Shown here one piece after another: positions 34,993-40,911 of a stretch of DNA of 40,911 nucleotides. A program made the translations under genes and the position numbers. Location: the NCBI RefSeq assembly GCF_001194135.2, contig NC_068982.1, positions 154,816,409 to 154,857,319 of the forward strand. Reading direction: 5' to 3'. The notes under the pieces were generated by a model that was not told the origin of the DNA, did not search any database, and saw nothing but the letters and a program-made list of their open reading frames with translations. This DNA comes from Octopus bimaculoides. Taxonomy: Eukaryota. How positions within the stretch are numbered: position 1 is the stretch's first letter; every line of letters begins with the position of its first letter.

Positions 34993-35217
34993 GAGTCAAC
35001 GAGGGAGCCTCTACTTGGTTGCTCGGGCTGCTCGAAATAGCAGCTAAATCTCTCTTGAATCATAGCTTACAGTCTTGGAAAAGAACACATTGGATTTTGT
35101 TGTCTCGGATTATCTTATCGTACACATAGAAAAAAGTCGGGATGGTCACGCCTGGAATATCTTTGATCGTAGACCTTCTCGATCAAGGCTAACATGGAGT
35201 TAAACAACAATAACAAC
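34993..35217 (+). repeat. Dispersed repeat family D, best-preserved copy, CAA-tailed
   Basis: AACGAGGGAGCCTCTAC...GAAATAGCAGCTAAATCTCTC...GGGATGGTCACG...TAAACAACAATAACAAC; related copies throughout the window. Confidence 0.75.
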
Positions 35218-35862
35218 TATATAAATAACTACAGCCAACCACAAACTTCCATTTAATTGAAACGTTGTAGATGCGAACTTTTTAAAAAGTAAGACAACAC
35301 CTTTCTGATGTATATTTTATTCCTAATTAAAGTAAAAATGTGTGCATTTTAGTTAAATCAGCTTTGAAGTAAAATGAACGCATCCACTCCCTTTTGTCAC
35401 TTCACCACCTGTCAACACATTTTTTGTAATTATTGACAGAGTTGGGTAACGAAATTTATAACATTCTAATCAGATTTAATCAAATAACCAAAGTTATTAG
35501 CTTTGCAAATCTTAACTCTTCTTGATCAACATGTCTTTTTTTTTTTCTTTTAATGTCGTCAGCTTAAATGACATAGTCAATTTAATTAGGTTCAACATAA
35601 TCAGCTTTGTCAAATTAATTGATTTAATCAGATAATCAGAGAATTATTTCAACTTGATTGTTTTCAGAGACTAAACAAGTAAAAATCAAATTCATTTACA
35701 GCCAATTAATTAAATCGGAATATTTTTTATGTATTTCCATTATATTCAAATCTAAAATCTTAAAGAATTACTTGGTAAAAATTGCTGAAAAATTTATTGC
35801 TGTACTGCGTTCTACCAATTGACTATTTGGGTTAATGGCAACAGAATCAACAGATACAATTA

Positions 35863-36056
35863 AATCTTTCTGCTATTGGCAAAAGGCCGGAAGTTTTGAA
35901 GGAAAAGGCTGATCGGTTACATCGACCCCAGTGTTTGACTGGTACATTATTTCGATCCCGAAATAATGAAAGGTAAAGTCAAACTTGGTGGAATTTGAAC
36001 TCAGAACGTAAAGCCAGAAGAAATGCTGCAGAGCATTTTGTCCGGCGTGCCACCTT
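35863..36056 (-). mobile_element. SINE family B, diverged
   Basis: TACATCGACCCCAGTG...GGAATTTGAACTCAGAACGTAAAG is the reverse complement of the family B core. Confidence 0.8.
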
Positions 36057-36169
36057 GCAACCTTATCAACGGATATTTTAATAAAACACAGTTCAATTTG
36101 TAACGGAATCTATATGGAAGCAGCAGTTGCAAGATGAGAGCAGAGAGGATATATTTTCATTATTTAGTT

Positions 36170-36380
36170 AGAAGACAGGACAATGTTCATGACCTTTTTC
36201 AAGACCTTCGAGAACGATGAGAAGGAAAGAGGAAGCTATATCTTTAAGCCACAGGCATGGCCCGAATTCTTGCAACAGAGTGAACTCTGCAAAAGGCACC
36301 TTTTGTGTTAAACCTAGCGACTGATGAGATCATGGCAGGCTTGAAATTCAAAACGCAAAAAACCGAAACAAATATTGCAA
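36170..36380 (+). mobile_element. Possible decayed RTE reverse transcriptase fragment
   Basis: MFMTFFKTFE..KE...IF...AWPEF resembles FVDLTKAFD..R...I...GCPEKF, and AGLKFKTQKTE resembles GLKLNIQKTK; heavily deleted. Confidence 0.35.
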
Positions 36381-37237
36381 ATCAATCCTGTCTGACATCC
36401 AAATGGTTCTTCCAGTCTACCACCCAAGACTTGTAATTTCGTTCGGCTGCAGAAAAAAAGAAGCGCAAAGTTTGCCACTGCAAGATTTGAAGACAGGACA
36501 GAAGAAACCATGGTAAATACTGCAAGGGAGGGATTTCATTCGTTCGATGCTCTAGCGATTCTGTTAATTCGTCACCTTAAATTAGTCTATAAAGAATGTA
36601 ACAACACTACTTCACTACTTTTGTCTCTCTTCCTTGTTCAGACGAGAGACAAGAGTCGAAACGTTAGATTATTCACACCTCATCAACTGGCATACTGTTT
36701 TAAAATAACATTATTCATTGGTTTAATGTTCTCGTGTACTCAGTAAATTAGCATTTCTGTTTAAATTCTTTAGGTTCTACGTTTAATACATTCACCTCTA
36801 CTTAACTGTTGATTCTTATGTAAATGGTTTCTCTTCCTGATTTAATCTCAACGCTTTGTTCTCGGTTATTTTGCGTAATATACTAATTACATTACCATAA
36901 TATTACATTGTGATTCCGTTATCACTACTCCAGTATGTACACTGAAGTCTCTGATTCACTGAAAAGATCTAACAAGACCTAAAAATGTCAGGACTAGTTT
37001 CTTGTATTGCCAAAATTATTAAAATAATATTAGTCGTTGAGTTAATGATATCCTTTTTCCTCGCCATATTAATACTTCTAAATAGATGTTTCATGTTACG
37101 TATTAAATATGCTCATCGTTACTTAACCATAAAAAATACTGTTGATCTATATCAAATTGAGGTCGGAATTTAGTTCTAAATTTAGACGAATACATTGGAG
37201 TTATTTGCAGAATAAACTAAAAGTTTTTCGACTGAAC

Positions 37238-37910
37238 GACAAGGCTTCTACGTAGTCGCTCGACATACTAGAAGTAGCTTCTGGATCTTTCTCAAATCGC
37301 GCCCTACATCTTAAAAAAATGTTAGATAATGCTGGATAATACTGTTAAAAGATACATTATGTCTAAAAAAAAAGACAGGATGATCGATTGTAGTTGTTGA
37401 TCTATTCCATTCTACATACTTTTGTCGCTAAAGGAAAATTATTTCCTCTCAACTCGTAACAAAGGTAAAAATTTGGATTTTTTCGATTCATGGGAATTGA
37501 AATGTGATTACGATTTCTGAGTGTTCTAGAACAACGAATAAAACAGTCCTTAGAAAACGAGAACGAACCCAAGAGTTTGGATTCTTCCTGGTATTCAGTC
37601 CATATAAACGAACCAACAAGGAAGATTGTATGTGATTGATTCACCTTGTTAAAAATTGTAGCGAAATCCTCACATCACTCCCTGCCAGATTGAAATTGGA
37701 AGAACCGTGATGGATAACACGGAATATGAAGCAACGAAGGTCACTTGAAAGAGTGACTAAATCTCTATCATATCACAACCTAGCATTTTACAAGAGAAGG
37801 ACACAATCGACACTGTGGTCTTGTATATGGAATAAAGGCAAACTGTTTGCTGTTGAAATTATCTGATCAGAGGTCTGCTCACTTAAAACTAATTTGGGGG
37901 TAAACAACCG
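37238..37910 (+). repeat. Two decayed family D copies (about 37238-37390 and 37730-37910)
   Basis: GGCTTCTACGTAGTCGCTCGACATACTAGAAGTAGC and CTAAATCTCTATCATATCACAACC...GGGGGTAAACAACC. Confidence 0.5.
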
Positions 37911-38029
37911 CGATATCAGTATCAGATTTGAGTAATCAGACTTCGGATCTACAACACAGTATCTACCTCAGGTCAAAGTAAATACCGATTACATTACGCT
38001 GCTAATAATTCTGGGCCACCGTCTCCACT

Positions 38030-38420
38030 AAAGTTTATGGTTTTTGAGATCTCTTCAAAAAGATTCAGTGCTGTAGACAGAATAGATGAAACTGGAGGAC
38101 ATGAACGTCATACGAATTGATCGACCTGTCTCTATAACTCTAGGTGTTTGCCTCTATGAAAGTAACATATGGACTCATCAAGAAAACACTCGGGTACAAG
38201 TAGTAACCTTCGGTAGAAGACAACCCATCTTCTACCATCTTCTATTTTTAGTGTAGTCCACTCTATTGCAAGCTTTCTGATCAGTCTCTAAGGTGAGGAT
38301 AAACATCTTCCTCCCCTCGTTAGTCTCAGTGATCTTGAAAAGTATCCATAAGCTCTACCTTCCATCCTCTTACTGAACCATGGGGAGGCAATGTTGTCAA
38401 TAAGCAGAGTAAGAAAATAT
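38030..38420 (-). mobile_element. Possible decayed L1/Tx1-like RT fragment
   Basis: DQKACNRVDY resembles DQxKAFDRVDH, followed at plausible spacing by RSIR...SS..Y resembling RSVRQGCPLSPLLY. Confidence 0.4.
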
Positions 38421-38999
38421 TGTGTCGGTTACTGCTTTTAGCCAATGTACTTCATTTATGTTATTCCTGCTTTTAGTAAGAGCATGAATACCACAAAACA
38501 TCATTTCTTTTTTTAAAATCGATAACCAATGTGTCTAGTTGCTTAGAAATCAATATTAGACACGTAGTAGTGTTATAAAACGCAAAAACAACTCAATCAA
38601 TGATCATACGTTCCACAGCTGATATACATTCAAGCATCATTAAGCAAAAATCATCTCATTATCGATTAGCAAATAAATTTAGGGTAATTGATTTTTTTAT
38701 GACTTTTACAAATATTTTTGGTCTGCAGCAGAAAAGTAAAATAGCCTAACCTTCTGGTTGTATATATTACACTACTGTAAAAGATTTCTAAACTGCGATC
38801 TGAGAGTATAGTTTACTGACACAGTTTTCAGAACGTCCAAATCTTCGAAGTAACTACCAAAAATCCTCGTGAAGTCAACAGAGATCGTATACAACACATT
38901 TGTTTGGTTCATTTTCTTTTAAATGTGCCGAAGCATAACACAGTGTTAATATGTGTTTCTTTCTTCTAAACCCCATTGACTTTAAAATAGATTTACTGT

Positions 39000-39400
39000 A
39001 ATTTTTCGTTCCGTTCGCAGTACAATAGTCTTGTGATGGTCTCCTGACCTATTGCAAGAAGAGAAATTTCTCGGTAGTTCTCTCCTTCATTTCTGTCCCT
39101 TTCCTTTCATTTGGGTATGATTATGAAGCTAGCATATTTCCAATCCTGCGTTCCCATAACTCCAGCATATATATCTGAGTTTAGCTTATCCATTTTTCCA
39201 TGCATATTATGCTACTTTTAATTTTTGTATGGTTTCCCACTTGCAAGGAAGTTTTGAAAACGCACCAGGAGTAGGTTTAGTAAAGGTTACCTATTTATTC
39301 TTAAGATAAATACTGGAAATCCATCAGGGGATGTTACTGAGCTTCAACTCATTATGTCTTCCTCTTCTATGTCGATATAATCGATGTTTATTGCTTTCCT
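39000..39400 (-). mobile_element. Decayed LINE RT N-terminal fragments (RTE-like 39000-39200; PDGFP-type about 39230-39400)
   Basis: DWKYASFIIIPK*..RDRNEGENYREISLLAIG matches W..A.I..I.K..D...NYRGISLL; SPDGFPVFILR matches GPDG.P..L. Confidence 0.55.
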
Positions 39401-39828
39401 ACATAGAGAGTTAATATCAAAAAATACATTTGGCTTATTAATTAGCATATTTCCTTTCAAGAAAGGGAAAACATTATACTTGTTCATTCAGTTTTTCACT
39501 TATCCTTTTGGGGTCTGCAGTTAATAAGTTATCTTCTTGAAACAGTGGCTCTGTTTTCTAATATACTAAAGCAGAAAGGTCAGGTAGAGATGCTATTCGT
39601 GACATTCTCGAGAGAATGTGGCCTTCGAGCCATTTGACATTAAGGAGCTTAATGTAACCCCCAAAAGAAAAAGATATATTAATGTGTGTGCTAACGTATC
39701 TCTATCTATTTATCTATCTATGTATCTATATACATACGCACAAATACGCCCATACACACATACATATAAATATATATACGTGTACATACATTTACACAAA
39801 TATATATGCATATACGTATATATATATG

Positions 39829-39916
<88 letters not shown>

Positions 39917-40446
39917 CTTACTTGGAAATGGATGCGTGGCGTTCAATTAAATAAATATAATATAAATAATATATATATATATATGCATATATATATATAT
40001 ATAATATATAGATAGATAGATATACATATATATATGTATATATATATATGTATATATATGTATATATGCATATATGGGTACAGGACATCACCAACTGTAT
40101 AAACAACATGAAATACGAAAACAAACGACTTAAATACGCAAACAACGAGAGAAAAAAATGGAAACAGGACAAGCAAACACGGAGAACCATCCTTCATCAG
40201 TTGTCGGCTATCTATATTCTCCTTATTTCGAGCATTCAATGACAATATGAGGGTCAAAGTTGGGAACAAAAACATGACAGTGGAGACATACAAGGAAACC
40301 GAACGAAAACAAACATAGTCGTTAGACCAGAACGAGAGGACTATCAGAACGAGGGGACTGCCAATCGAGGGTTCTACTGCGATGTTTTGAGGCGTTCGAG
40401 AGAAAACATTCAGCGAAAGCGACCGGATCTGTCTATCGTCAAAGAC

Positions 40447-40562
40447 ATTAAGGGCATGCATGTCTGTGGAGTACTCAACCACTTGCACGTTGATTTCACG
40501 AGCGTACTGTTCCGGTGATCGGATTAATTGGAACCCTCGTCGTTGCAACCGATAGAGTGCCA
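40447..40562 (+). mobile_element. SINE family C, 3' fragment
   Basis: TGTCTGTGGAGTACTCAACCACTTGCACGTTGATTTCACGAGC...GGAACCCTCGTCG. Confidence 0.8.
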
Positions 40563-40866
40563 TATATATAGCTTCATCAGAGCCTTGAACATGAAGCGCA
40601 CTTTATTTGGGTAAAGATACACTTTCAGAACATATAGGTGTTATGAGTGAGGAGGCTTATGTTGATAGTTATGGAAAGTTCTTTCCCAAGATAGAAAAAT
40701 TGTGCAAATATAACTTTCCCACTTTATAGTAAAAGCTGTGATGAAGCTATAGGATGTTATACTGGTACTCAAATAAAAGTCCCCCCGCCACATCTTATAG
40801 CAGAAACAGCTGTAAGCTAGTAAAATTCATTACATAACATTTGTTTTTTTTTTCCGGTGTCATCTC

Positions 40867-40911
<45 letters not shown>

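Noticed and set aside
36321-36347. CTGATGA...GAAA on the plus strand
   Set aside because: Stems I and III do not form.
36382-36446. Minus-strand ERNYKSWVVDWKNHLDVRQD*, reminiscent of a cholinesterase T-peptide, after a good acceptor
   Set aside because: The match is short, no esterase exons are visible, and it overlaps a probable LINE relic.
40075-40440. Repeat-like segment containing TCATCAG (CTGATGA on the minus strand)
   Set aside because: No GAAA box or stems in any hammerhead topology; family not assignable from this window.

Overview
AT-rich, microsatellite-dense eukaryotic genomic DNA with nine N gaps. The repeat content suggests a coleoid cephalopod, probably Octopus; this is inference, not database-checked. 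No intact protein-coding gene is recognisable, and almost every ORF in the supplied track is a translated microsatellite or a decayed transposon. The window holds about 20 tRNA-headed SINE copies from four families (my labels A, B, C, E), a headless CAA-tailed repeat family (D), and DNA transposon relics: Tigger/pogo, a hAT MITE, a mariner MITE, a Tc1/mariner of maT type, a Chapaev3-like element and a Helentron-type non-autonomous element. It also holds LINE relics of RTE and L1/Tx1-like type and four restriction-like-endonuclease (RLE) elements. The most notable observations are: (1) a head-to-tail array of three Dong/R4-type RLE retrotransposons, each bounded by (TAA)n and landed in the ATT tail of a SINE; (2) a separate RLE family bounded by (CATA)n; (3) an aged Penelope-type minimal hammerhead ribozyme; (4) a Tc1/mariner element whose internal deletion is filled with 121 bp identical to sequence 1.3 kb upstream; (5) two weak minus-strand exon candidates that join in frame into a GPI-signal-like C-terminus.
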